Origin: a virus
Lineage: Duplodnaviria > Caudoviricetes
Reading direction: 5' to 3' (one strand)
Virus record (IMG/VR): IMGVR_UViG_3300044723_001431
Span: 1-45,810 of that record
Length of the DNA: 45,810 bases
This document shows, in pieces, positions 7,245 to 16,282 of the stretch (the stretch's first letter is position 1; each line of letters begins with the position of its first letter). The translations under genes and the position numbers were made by a program. The notes beneath the pieces are model-generated. The model searched no databases, was not told the DNA's origin, and saw only the letters and a program-made list of their open reading frames with translations.

Positions 7245-8486
7245 ATGAGTAACACAAACGAACTCATGGACCAAATTGCTGCTAAAAGAGCAGAGTTAAA
7301 ATCTGTCTTTGAAGCCAACGAAGACGGCAAGTACACCTCTGAACAAAAAGAGGAAATTAAGTCAAGAAATGACGAACTTGCTGAATTAGTTGAAGACCTT
7401 AGCATTGAGAAGAAAAAACTCGCTAATGCTAAAGCTTTAGAAGAAGATTCAAAGCCAGTTGCAGAAATGCCACTAGCTGGTGAATCAGCAGAAGTTAAAT
7501 CTGTTGGTGAGCAATTTGTTCAAACCGACGCATATAAAAATTATATGGAGGGCGGTGTTAAAGGTGTAGATTCTCATATTGAGACAAAAACAACTTTGAC
7601 AACTACAGGATATCCACCAGAGGTTTTAAGGACCCCGGGTATCTTGGAAACAGCTCTTAGAGACCCAAATGCTGTTATATCATTATTTGATGTAATCAAC
7701 AGTGACCAAAATGCTTTCTCATACCTTGAGGAAACAACCTTCACAAACAATGCAGCTGAAGCTGCTGAAGGTTCTGCTGTTGGAGAAGCAGCTTTGGCTT
7801 TCACAGAGCAAACAGAAGCTATCCGTAAAATGGGTATCTTCATTCCTGTAACAGACGAATTACTTGCAGACGAAAGCGGTATCCAAGGATACATCAACTC
7901 TCGTATGCAAACAATGATAAGACTTCGTTTGGACAACCAACTCCTTAATGGTGATGGTTCTGCTCCAAACCTAGAAGGTATCTTAGACGCTGGTAAATCT
8001 TCAGTCGGTTCTACTGACTTTAGCGCTTACGCAGGAACTTTAGGAAAAATTGGTGCACTTTATGGAGCAATCACAGACATCAGAGTCAACGCATTTACAG
8101 AGCCAGACGCTATTGTAATGCACCCAAGTGACTGGAATGATGTTGTGACTTCTGTAGGTGCAGACTTTGCAGGTACATCATCTGCTGGTTATACAGAAAA
8201 GTCACCACTTTTCGTAGCAGCCGGTGGAATGGGTGCTGGTCCTTCAGCTCAAATCTGGGGACTAAAAGTCGTTCCTACAACCGCAATTGCCGCAGGTACA
8301 GTACTTGTTGGTAAATTCGGTGGTGGTGAAGCAGCTAACTTAGTTATGAGACAAGGTATGGAATTAGCCGTATCTGACTCCCATAGCGATTTCTTTATTA
8401 AGAATCAATTAGCTATCAGAGCTACCATGAGAGTCGGTTTCCCTGTTTACAGAGAAGCAGCTTTCCATAAAATCACTAACTTCTAA
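7245..8486 (+). CDS. Major capsid protein, HK97 fold with an N-terminal delta-like coiled coil
   Basis: VTDELLADE, LLNGDG, WGLKVV and FIKNQLAIRATMRVG motifs. GGAG RBS. Strong terminator downstream. Confidence 0.95.
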   Translation: MSNTNELMDQIAAKRAELKSVFEANEDGKYTSEQKEEIKSRNDELAELVEDLSIEKKKLANAKALEEDSKPVAEMPLAGESAEVKSVGEQFVQTDAYKNYMEGGVKGVDSHIETKTTLTTTGYPPEVLRTPGILETALRDPNAVISLFDVINSDQNAFSYLEETTFTNNAAEAAEGSAVGEAALAFTEQTEAIRKMGIFIPVTDELLADESGIQGYINSRMQTMIRLRLDNQLLNGDGSAPNLEGILDAGKSSVGSTDFSAYAGTLGKIGALYGAITDIRVNAFTEPDAIVMHPSDWNDVVTSVGADFAGTSSAGYTEKSPLFVAAGGMGAGPSAQIWGLKVVPTTAIAAGTVLVGKFGGGEAANLVMRQGMELAVSDSHSDFFIKNQLAIRATMRVGFPVYREAAFHKITNF

Positions 8487-8508
8487 AGTTAGTTTAGATT
8501 TATACATT

Positions 8509-8539
8509 AGAGCGGGATTAAACCCGCTCTTTTGTTTTT
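8509..8539 (+). terminator. Intrinsic terminator after the capsid gene
   Basis: AGAGCGGG-ATTAAA-CCCGCTCT followed by TTTGTTTTT. Confidence 0.85.
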
Positions 8540-8560
8540 ATAGTGTAAAATTAAAACATC

Positions 8561-8818
8561 ATGTCAGATTATATTAAACCAGAGAAAAGCATTTGGAAAA
8601 TGAAAGATGGTTCCATTTGGGAAGGTCCTTTATCAGAACTTCCTAAGTCTGGAGCTTCTCTCATTGCTAAAGCAGGTAAAGAATACCCAGCTGACTGGCT
8701 CAAAGAGCAAGGTTGGGGTAAAGTGGAGAAGAAAGAAAAAGCTGCTCCTAAGAAAAAAGCTGCTAAAAAAGCACCAGAAACCAAAGCTGTTAAACCAGAA
8801 GATACAGAAGATAAGTAA
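8561..8818 (+). CDS. Small Lys/Ala-rich head-associated protein
   Basis: Lies directly after the MCP and has a KKAAKKAPETKA tail. Such small genes are typical at this position. Confidence 0.7.
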   Translation: MSDYIKPEKSIWKMKDGSIWEGPLSELPKSGASLIAKAGKEYPADWLKEQGWGKVEKKEKAAPKKKAAKKAPETKAVKPEDTEDK

Positions 8819-8828
8819 GGAGTCCTAA

Positions 8829-9473
8829 ATGGCTCTTTGTAGCGTAGGTGATGTAGAGCAATTCTTACAGGTAGATTTAAACTCTACTGTAGAAGCTTCA
8901 GTCACAAATACTTTTATACCTTATGTTGACGGAGCTATTAAGCGTTATCTAGGTTATGATGTAGAACAAGCAACTTATACAGAAACATTTGACGGTAACG
9001 AACAAGAAGACTTATTTTTAAGGCATGTTCCTATTGCCTCTATAACTTCTGTTACAGAAGATGGCAACACTCTTACCCAAGGTAACGAGAAAGACTATGT
9101 ATTTTACAATAATGGAAGATTAAGAAGAATAGTTATTCGCTGGTCTGGTATTAAACCTAAAAATATAATCGTTACTTATGTTGGCGGATACCAAGCAGCA
9201 GATATACCTGAAGCAATAAAACAAACTTCTGCAAAAGCTGCATCAAGAATGGTTTTGACTGCACTTCAAATTTCTGCTAAAGCTGATAGTGGAGCTGTGG
9301 GAACTCATTTGTCAGACAATACTTCTACTTCAAGTTTTGATGTTCCAATTACTGAGCGAATTGGAGATTATGATGTTGCATATGCAGATATAGTTATACA
9401 AAACTTAACACCTGTTCTTACAGCAGGAGATATGGCAATATTAAACCCCTTTCGTTCAAGATTCTTTGTATAA
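8829..9473 (+). CDS. Head-tail adaptor (gp6/phiE125 gp8-like)
   Basis: MALCSVGDVEQFL N-terminus, IKRYLG, VTYVGGY..DIPEAIKQ and ERIGDYDV motifs. AAGGAG RBS and synteny. Confidence 0.8.
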   Translation: MALCSVGDVEQFLQVDLNSTVEASVTNTFIPYVDGAIKRYLGYDVEQATYTETFDGNEQEDLFLRHVPIASITSVTEDGNTLTQGNEKDYVFYNNGRLRRIVIRWSGIKPKNIIVTYVGGYQAADIPEAIKQTSAKAASRMVLTALQISAKADSGAVGTHLSDNTSTSSFDVPITERIGDYDVAYADIVIQNLTPVLTAGDMAILNPFRSRFFV

Positions 9474-9480
9474 TTAAATC
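9467..9480 (+). promoter_or_regulatory. -10 element (TG-TATAAT) predicting a leaderless transcript
   Basis: TATAAT at 9469-9474, followed by 6 nt and then ATG 9481. No SD. Confidence 0.5.
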
Positions 9481-10125
9481 ATGGTACATAGAAAAGCTCC
9501 TTCCCTAGAGGAAGCTAGGGAGCTCTTTCTAGCAGACCCTAATAAAATGCTACAGGAATGGGCAGATGAATGGGGTGTTACGCATGAAAGAGTTAGACAG
9601 TTAAGAATAGAATCAGGCGTTCCTCAACGAGGTGCTTATAACGAAGAAACAGCAGAAGCTATTTTAGAAATTATTCGTACAGGTAGAGGTGGACTAACAA
9701 CTCCAAGAACCTACGAAGGTCAACCTATTGGCTTAGAAAGATTTAAAACTTGGATAGAAGAAGAAGAAGATTTGAAAGAGCGTGTTGAACAAGCACAAAA
9801 AGAAGCTCTTAAAAATTTAAAAGACCCTATTGAAAAAGAATGTAAGTACTGCCGTGAGTGGAAACCTGTAGAAGAATATTTAAGAAATCAAAAATACTTA
9901 GATGGTCTTTCTCGTTTTTGTAAAGATTGCACAATTATATTAAAAAAGAAAAAAGAAGAACTTGGTGATGATAAAATGAAATTATGTTTATCATGCAAAA
10001 AAGATAAAAAAACTTCAGAGTTTTCAAAAAATCCTAATGCACAAGATAAACTTAAAATATTCTGTAAAGAATGTCATAAAGCATTTAAACGCAGAAAAAG
10101 GAGACAAAGTAGGAATGAAATTTAA
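9481..10125 (+). CDS. Putative DNA-binding protein: sigma-region-4-like HTH, TerS-like HTH and two CxxC...CxxC Zn repeats
   Basis: WGVTHERVRQL; YNEETAEAILEIIRTG...FKTWIEEEEDLKERVEQAQKE; CKYC..CKDC and CLSC..CKEC. Confidence 0.65.
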   Translation: MVHRKAPSLEEARELFLADPNKMLQEWADEWGVTHERVRQLRIESGVPQRGAYNEETAEAILEIIRTGRGGLTTPRTYEGQPIGLERFKTWIEEEEDLKERVEQAQKEALKNLKDPIEKECKYCREWKPVEEYLRNQKYLDGLSRFCKDCTIILKKKKEELGDDKMKLCLSCKKDKKTSEFSKNPNAQDKLKIFCKECHKAFKRRKRRQSRNEI

Positions 10126-10921
10126 CTTTAATAAGAAACAGACAATAGAATTTAAAACAGACATAATGGGTTTAGCAAAATTTGCACCTGTTGTTCCAGC
10201 ACAAGAAGCAGTGCCAGATTGGTTTAAAGAGATGAAGCATTACATTGAAGAAAAACCACAAGGTTGGAATCCACAAGCCATGCCCGGTCAAGTTAAAAAT
10301 CTATTTGGAAAAATGGGTAAGACTGCACAAAATATGTTTTATTCATTTACTGCAAAAAGATGTCCAGCAATAGTAGATATCATGACAGAAGGTTTTGTAA
10401 TTCCTATGTGGTCTGACTTTTTACTACAAAGAGGTTTTCCGCCTAACATGGGTGGAGAAGAAATACTAGAATGGGATAACAGAGATTTTCCCTATGGTGC
10501 TTCTTTTCATGAAAATAATCAAATATACAATTGGGACTTACCTTCAAAAAGTACTTACAAACATCCACTTAAGTTTCATAGTCCTTGGAAGTTTTTTACT
10601 CCAAAAGGATATTCAACATTGTTTATACCTTACAACTATGACTTTCAATCAGATTATTCAGTTCTTCCCGGAATTGTAGAAACTGATACTTGGCACGAAG
10701 TAAACTTTCCTACACTTATTCATAAGAAAAAAGATTTTATGATAAAAAGAGGAACACCTTTTGTTCAAGCAATTCCTTTTAAAAGAAGCAAGTGGAATTT
10801 AAAAATGGATATGGTAACACAAGAAGAAAAAAATGCTGAGGACGCTAGAAAGAATTTTACTAGTGGTAACTTTAATCAAGGTTATAGAAAAGCAACTAAA
10901 TTGGATTTTGATAATGCCTAG
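10115..10921 (+). CDS. DUF6065-like protein
   Basis: TAKRCPA..D....GFVIP, KFHSPW, TPKGYS, PGIVETD and IKRGTP..Q.IPFKR motifs. ATG 10115 has AAGGAG upstream. Confidence 0.7.
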   Translation: MKFNFNKKQTIEFKTDIMGLAKFAPVVPAQEAVPDWFKEMKHYIEEKPQGWNPQAMPGQVKNLFGKMGKTAQNMFYSFTAKRCPAIVDIMTEGFVIPMWSDFLLQRGFPPNMGGEEILEWDNRDFPYGASFHENNQIYNWDLPSKSTYKHPLKFHSPWKFFTPKGYSTLFIPYNYDFQSDYSVLPGIVETDTWHEVNFPTLIHKKKDFMIKRGTPFVQAIPFKRSKWNLKMDMVTQEEKNAEDARKNFTSGNFNQGYRKATKLDFDNA

Positions 10922-11159
10922 ATACGATTATCAATGTATATTGCATAGATGTTCTTTTGAATGGGAAGTTAGTCATTCTATTACAGAAGACCCGTTAATT
11001 AAATGTCCTAAGTGTAATTCACACGCTAAAAGACAGATTGGAAAAAATATTAGGTTTGAAACTCCTGTAGATGTTGAGTGGGAAAAAGACCCAAGTGATT
11101 TGTCTGAAAAATCATTCAAGCAATTTCAAAAAGCAAAGAAGCAAAAATACAGATGGTAA
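10914..11159 (+). CDS. FmdB-family zinc-ribbon protein
   Basis: MPRYDYQC...C.F.WEV.HSI...CPKC pattern. Start at ATG 10914. Confidence 0.8.
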   Translation: MPRYDYQCILHRCSFEWEVSHSITEDPLIKCPKCNSHAKRQIGKNIRFETPVDVEWEKDPSDLSEKSFKQFQKAKKQKYRW

Positions 11160-12337
11160 AAGATGAAGGTACCCCTGATGAAGTATCTGGTGCTAATAGA
11201 TATCATTTAAGATACAGTCGATACTCAATAATTGAAGACCCTGTAAACAAAGATAACTTTTTAATTACTTGCTATGTTCCTGTCAGGGATTTCTTATACG
11301 AAAGACCAGGACTAAAACAAGTCATACCTATACACCCAAATTGCAATGTTCTGGATGTAAATGAAGAAATTAAAAAAGAAATATTAAATAACATAAAGCA
11401 AGAGTTTGGCGAAAAGGGAACTTTTCATTTAAAGTCACACGGAATAAAAATATTATGTAGAGATGTTGAAATATCTGATGGTATGGAAAGAGTTTCTTTT
11501 AACATTATAGATTTAACACACGAGGGTATTATTGATGGTGCTAATCTTTACTTGACTATCAATAATTTAAAATCTGAACAAATATCAAAACATTCTTATG
11601 TAAAAGTAGAATTTTATGTAGTTGGAGATGTTAGTCTTTCAGATGACATTGTCACTTCATTAGATGCTAAATTAACAAAAGACTCAAAAGTATCTTTAAC
11701 TAAAAAAGAATTGTTTTGGCTACAAGAAATAATTGATAGTACAGATTATAAAAATAATATAGACCCTATTGATGTATTGTGTTATATAAATTTATTAAGA
11801 AATAACTATTATGACGCAGAAGTTCATAATCAACCTATAGATTCCTATTGGAATAAACAGAAGATAAAAGAAATGTACAAAGAAAATCCTAAGTCATTTA
11901 TGCAGTATGCAACTTTAGTAAAAGATATACTTTATCTTTATGATTATATAAATGTTAAAACTCAAGATATGTGGCCTAATAAAAGAGGTAGTTTAAATAG
12001 CTTGGGTCTAACAACTAAATACAATCAAAAAGCGTATGAGTTTCACATATTAGACAAAAAATTAGATTACAAATTACATGATGCAGTTATAGCAATATTG
12101 TTAAATGGATTTAGACCTTTTGTAATTTTTAATCCTGACACATCTGCTAGATGGTCTAAAGATTTTGATAAGATACTATCTTTGTATGATGCTTTGGTGT
12201 TAGACATTATAAGCATTATAAAAGATTACAGTAAGCAGTTGGGTCATAATCCACATTTACTTGGTAAAAATAGTATGGTTTACAGTATTGTTTACAAAGA
12301 ATTTATGATGGGAGATTTGCTTAACCAATTTTTATAA
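11153..12337 (+). CDS. AIPR-like (ParB/Srx-superfamily) protein with degenerate motifs
   Basis: PIHPNCN, FHLKSHGIKI and GIIDGANLY resemble the AIPR pattern PxxxNPR, FxxxNxGI and IVDGGHT. Confidence 0.55.
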   Translation: MVKDEGTPDEVSGANRYHLRYSRYSIIEDPVNKDNFLITCYVPVRDFLYERPGLKQVIPIHPNCNVLDVNEEIKKEILNNIKQEFGEKGTFHLKSHGIKILCRDVEISDGMERVSFNIIDLTHEGIIDGANLYLTINNLKSEQISKHSYVKVEFYVVGDVSLSDDIVTSLDAKLTKDSKVSLTKKELFWLQEIIDSTDYKNNIDPIDVLCYINLLRNNYYDAEVHNQPIDSYWNKQKIKEMYKENPKSFMQYATLVKDILYLYDYINVKTQDMWPNKRGSLNSLGLTTKYNQKAYEFHILDKKLDYKLHDAVIAILLNGFRPFVIFNPDTSARWSKDFDKILSLYDALVLDIISIIKDYSKQLGHNPHLLGKNSMVYSIVYKEFMMGDLLNQFL

Positions 12338-12345
12338 ATTTTTGA

Positions 12346-12359
12346 TGTAAAATCTGTGT
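12346..12359 (+). promoter_or_regulatory. -10 element (TG-TAAAAT) predicting a leaderless transcript
   Basis: TAAAAT at 12348-12353, followed by 6 nt and then ATG 12360. No SD. Confidence 0.45.
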
Positions 12360-12695
12360 ATGCCTTTACGACACAAATTCTTACCAGAAACAGCAACAAT
12401 ACAAACTGTATCAGATTCCAATATAGATGAAAGAGGTTTGCCTAGTGATAATTGGGCAAATACATATACAGATGTTAAATGTAAATTTGAATCTCAAGGT
12501 GCAGAAGAAGATAGAAATGGAAGAAATACAACAGTAGAAGCATTTACTGTTTATGTAGAAAAAGGTGTGACTATAACACCTGGAGATAGATTAGTCAGAG
12601 GAAGCGATTATCACGAAATTATATTAGTTCAACCGGTCTTAGATAGATACGGTGTTGAGTGTTATAAAATTTTGCAGACATTCGTATCTAAGTAA
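12360..12695 (+). CDS. Head closure/stopper protein (SPP1 gp16-like)
   Basis: 111 aa, beta-rich, with DERG..W and ITPGDRL motifs. Synteny. Confidence 0.75.
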   Translation: MPLRHKFLPETATIQTVSDSNIDERGLPSDNWANTYTDVKCKFESQGAEEDRNGRNTTVEAFTVYVEKGVTITPGDRLVRGSDYHEIILVQPVLDRYGVECYKILQTFVSK

Positions 12696-14680
12696 TGGGA
12701 GTAGTTTATAACTCTGGTTTTACTGGTGACAGAGGACAGGGAAAAGGTCCTTCTACTGCTGAAATATTTAGAAATAACTTATATAAATTCGGCAAGTTTG
12801 CCGGTACAGCTAAGGTAACACCTGGATTAGCCGGAAGTAGTATTGCTAATACTTTAAATAGACAAAGAAACTTAGCTTATCCAATTGCTCGTTGGATAGG
12901 TAACTTTGACACTTTTAGTAAAAGAGGACAAATAGGTGCAGGTGGATTTTTAGCAAGAGGTATTGCAAGAGGTGGTCGTATCGTATCTGGTTCTGTATCA
13001 GGTAGGTTAATAAATGTTGCAGCAAGACCACTTGGTCAATTTGGTTTAGGAGCTCAGTTTGGTCCTTTAGCAGCTCGTGGTTTCCGTATTATGCTTGGTA
13101 AACAACTTATGAAAAATAACCCTATTAATAATATGGTTAATAGTATTACATCTAAAGTAACAGCATCAGCAAAAGTAAACGGTAAAGCTATTAACTGGAA
13201 AATAAGAAAAGATAAAAATATCCAAAGAGAAGCTCAAAAAGTATTGTTAATGGCACATTCAAATATACTAGCAATGGCACCCGATGTATCAAGCGGTCAA
13301 TACCATGTTGGAGGACCTAGAAAAAAAGATGCACAAATGTTAAATAAAGATTTAATGATGGATGTAAAAAACTTTAATCAACTTGGTATTGCATATAGAG
13401 AAGATGGAAAAAAGATATTTAGAGATATATTTGGCTTTTCACAACCAGGTCAAGCTAGGTCTTTTTTACTTGGCAGTGTAAATATGAATAATATGCGTGC
13501 TACTAAAGGAACTAAAGTTGACCACTTCTTTAGAGGAAGCATAAAGGTAGGTGGTTCAGAAAGAGGTTTTCCGTGGATATGGGCAGTTGAGTATGGTGGA
13601 AATATACCTGTTTACTATCCAGCAAAAGTAAAAGGTAAGCACGCACTAAATAGAAACGAACTAGGTAATCCTATCAATGCAAAATTTTTAAAAGAAATGG
13701 ATAATGTATCTAAGAAAAAAGCAATGGAAGAATACGATATTGTAAAAGGAAGAAAAAAATCAAATCAAGAGTATTACATTCCAGAAAATGAATTTATACA
13801 ACCCACATTTTTTATTCACAGAGCAGCACAAAGAGCTGCCGAGAAAGCTTCTAAGATGACAACTATGCAACAAGCTAAGTTGACAAGTCCTGGTTCTAAA
13901 TATTACGCAGACTGGTTAAAACTAGCTAAAAGAGATATGGAAAAATTAAAAGCTAAAAAAATGGGTTATGCAGATAAGTTTGTTAAGAAAGCAGCTATTA
14001 AATCAGCTTTTAGAGAAAATTATCAACTTGAAAGAGGTCAGGGAGCTAATTTTATGAGTTTTATGGAACAAAAAATTCCTGGACCAAGAACAGAATTAGC
14101 TCATGGTAATTTTTATTCTAAAGATGTGGCAGATGCAATTGGTGTAAAACTAGTACCAGAAGATATGCAATATTCTTTTGCTTTTAGAACTAGACAACAA
14201 GATACTGCTCCTGTTCTTAAAAAAGCAGCAGAAATATATGTAAGAAGAGGAGGTAATGTTAAAAGAGCATATGAAGGTAGGAACATTGATACATTTCATA
14301 AACAAGCAAGTAAAAGAGACCCCGTATCAAATGAAATAGCAAAAGCTATTGGAAAAATGCCTGGAAGAAGTAGGTTTTCAGATGAAGATAATTACGAAGA
14401 CGCTAGAAGATATGTCAATCTATTTAAAAATTATAATATTGCTCAAGGTAATGTTTCAAACATGCAAAGAAGAAAAGAGTACTTAGATAAGGTGTATGAT
14501 TTCAGTGTCAGTTTTACTCCTGGTGGTAGAAAAGCTACAGTAAAACTTAGAAAAAAACGAGGCACTGTTGGTGGTAATAAAAATAGGCAAATAGAAAGAC
14601 AAAAGCAAGAAAAACTAGCTAATGATATATTCACTCAGCTAGACATAGAAGAGCTAATGAAAGAAATCGGTGGTTCCTAA
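12695..14680 (+). CDS. Enlarged, basic HK97-gp10-like neck/tail-completion protein (661 aa)
   Basis: Sits between stopper and tail terminator. Split gp10-like motifs APDVSSG, WAVEYGG and QPTFFIHRA. Confidence 0.55.
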   Translation: MGVVYNSGFTGDRGQGKGPSTAEIFRNNLYKFGKFAGTAKVTPGLAGSSIANTLNRQRNLAYPIARWIGNFDTFSKRGQIGAGGFLARGIARGGRIVSGSVSGRLINVAARPLGQFGLGAQFGPLAARGFRIMLGKQLMKNNPINNMVNSITSKVTASAKVNGKAINWKIRKDKNIQREAQKVLLMAHSNILAMAPDVSSGQYHVGGPRKKDAQMLNKDLMMDVKNFNQLGIAYREDGKKIFRDIFGFSQPGQARSFLLGSVNMNNMRATKGTKVDHFFRGSIKVGGSERGFPWIWAVEYGGNIPVYYPAKVKGKHALNRNELGNPINAKFLKEMDNVSKKKAMEEYDIVKGRKKSNQEYYIPENEFIQPTFFIHRAAQRAAEKASKMTTMQQAKLTSPGSKYYADWLKLAKRDMEKLKAKKMGYADKFVKKAAIKSAFRENYQLERGQGANFMSFMEQKIPGPRTELAHGNFYSKDVADAIGVKLVPEDMQYSFAFRTRQQDTAPVLKKAAEIYVRRGGNVKRAYEGRNIDTFHKQASKRDPVSNEIAKAIGKMPGRSRFSDEDNYEDARRYVNLFKNYNIAQGNVSNMQRRKEYLDKVYDFSVSFTPGGRKATVKLRKKRGTVGGNKNRQIERQKQEKLANDIFTQLDIEELMKEIGGS

Positions 14681-14686
14681 TTTCAA

Positions 14687-14695
14687 TGATATAAT
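14687..14695 (+). promoter_or_regulatory. Extended -10 promoter TGa-TATAAT
   Basis: Perfect TGnTATAAT 9 nt before ATG 14705. Confidence 0.5.
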
Positions 14696-14704
14696 CATTT
14701 TACA

Positions 14705-15199
14705 ATGGCTATAAAAAAATTAGGTGTCAGACATCACGAAGCAATGAAATTTCCACCAGACGGTGAGATAATTTTTCGTGAATGGGCTGTTAATAATACA
14801 ATAATTACAAATGTTTGTTCAACAAGAGTAGCCACAAGATTACCTCGCAATGCTGAATTACCATTCCTTACTTTTTTTGTAGCTGGAGGAGATATAGTTT
14901 CTCCTAAAGGTGATGCTGCAATTGGTAATGTAATTATTCAAGTAAATGCATTTGCTGGAAGATGGGGAAGTGGAAGTGGTTCACAACCAGATTATGCAAC
15001 TGCTTATCAATTAGCTAATGCTGTTGCTGAAGCATCTTTTAAAACAGCGAAAACTTTAGTTCACACTCCTACAACAGAAACTAAAGCAGTAATTTATGGA
15101 TTTGAAGTTTTGGAAATGCCTAGTCGTGTCGAAGAGACTGACACTGGATTGGGACATTATCAGCTATCATTAAGTATGTATTATCGAGGACTAGATTGA
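14705..15199 (+). CDS. Tail terminator (DUF3168/gp17-like)
   Basis: RVATRLP...LPFL, IQVNAFA and AYQLANAV motifs. Upstream of the tail tube gene. Confidence 0.72.
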   Translation: MAIKKLGVRHHEAMKFPPDGEIIFREWAVNNTIITNVCSTRVATRLPRNAELPFLTFFVAGGDIVSPKGDAAIGNVIIQVNAFAGRWGSGSGSQPDYATAYQLANAVAEASFKTAKTLVHTPTTETKAVIYGFEVLEMPSRVEETDTGLGHYQLSLSMYYRGLD

Positions 15200-15200
15200 T

Positions 15201-15482
15201 ATGAATAAAAAAATAAAAGTTAAGATTAACCCGTTGCTAAACAAGACCGTTGTTAGAGATACTATCAGCGGAATTGAGTTTAGTAGCGAGTGGGTGAAGA
15301 TACCGGTGGATACTTGGGAGCGCCTCAAAGTAAATAAATACAATCAAGGCGGAGAGCGCATATCCGTATTGATTGCAGAAGATAATTACTACGAGGAAGA
15401 ACCAAGTGACGAATCTATAGAATCTGACGAAGAATCTGTAGATGAGGTAGTGGAAGACTTCTTTATAGCTGAAGAAGAGTAA
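15201..15482 (+). CDS. Hypothetical protein with an acidic C-terminus
   Basis: 93-aa ORF abutting the previous gene. Confidence 0.6.
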   Translation: MNKKIKVKINPLLNKTVVRDTISGIEFSSEWVKIPVDTWERLKVNKYNQGGERISVLIAEDNYYEEEPSDESIESDEESVDEVVEDFFIAEEE

Positions 15483-15488
15483 TCGACA

Positions 15489-15529
15489 TAGCAGAATCGA
15501 CTTTTTATTAAGTCGGCAGAGCTCTGCTG
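15489..15529 (+). promoter_or_regulatory. Stem-loop/palindrome in the leader of the major tail gene
   Basis: TAGCAGA/TCTGCTG outer stem and CGACTT/AAGTCG inner stem. Perfect palindrome GCAGAGCTCTGC at 15516-15527. Confidence 0.45.
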
Positions 15530-15569
15530 ATTAAGTATAAGTATAAGATAGATATAGTAGGAGACAGAA

Positions 15570-16253
15570 ATGGCTTTTAGTACAACAGGTACAATTAGTG
15601 AAGTATTAATTGGTACTGGTGTTCTCTATATTAAAGACGCATCTACTACTTCTTTGGCATTCCCTGGTGACAGCACAAACGAATTTGCTGACCCTACAGG
15701 AATGGCAGTGCCATGGGGTGAAGTTGGATATTCTGAAGACGGCTGGACTCTTGAAGTTGATAAAACTTTTGAAGATGTCATGGTCGCTGAAGAGTTAGAC
15801 CCAATTAAAACTCTAAAATCAGCACAAGAAGTTAGATTAACAGGTGAATTAGCACAAGCTTCCCTTGCAAACTTTCAGTATGCAATGGGTGGTGGTACCA
15901 CACAAGACGGTGAAATCGGAGCTGGTACAGACGGTGCTGCTGGTACTTCCGTAACTGGATACCATACATTCACTCCACCAACATCAGACACCTTTACCGA
16001 GTATGCACTTATTTTGCATGCTGACGGTCAAGCAGGTTCTGACAGACAATTCTGGATGCCTAGAACAGTGAACACAGGTTCATTCTCAATGGCACACCAA
16101 AAAGCTCCAGCTAAAGTTACTTTGGCTACAGAGTTTAAATTGTTAGTTCCAGAATCATCTGGATTAAATGTTGGTTCAGACGCAAGTGGTAAACACTACT
16201 TGTTTGTAGTCGTCGAAAATAGAAACGACAGTGACGAATTAGACATTAACTAA
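15570..16253 (+). CDS. Major tail (tube) protein
   Basis: WGEVGYSEDG motif typical of actinophage-type tail tubes. AGGAG RBS. Precedes the tail chaperone and TMP. Confidence 0.85.
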   Translation: MAFSTTGTISEVLIGTGVLYIKDASTTSLAFPGDSTNEFADPTGMAVPWGEVGYSEDGWTLEVDKTFEDVMVAEELDPIKTLKSAQEVRLTGELAQASLANFQYAMGGGTTQDGEIGAGTDGAAGTSVTGYHTFTPPTSDTFTEYALILHADGQAGSDRQFWMPRTVNTGSFSMAHQKAPAKVTLATEFKLLVPESSGLNVGSDASGKHYLFVVVENRNDSDELDIN

Positions 16254-16282
16254 TTTAATTAGATAGATAGGAGAAATCAAAA

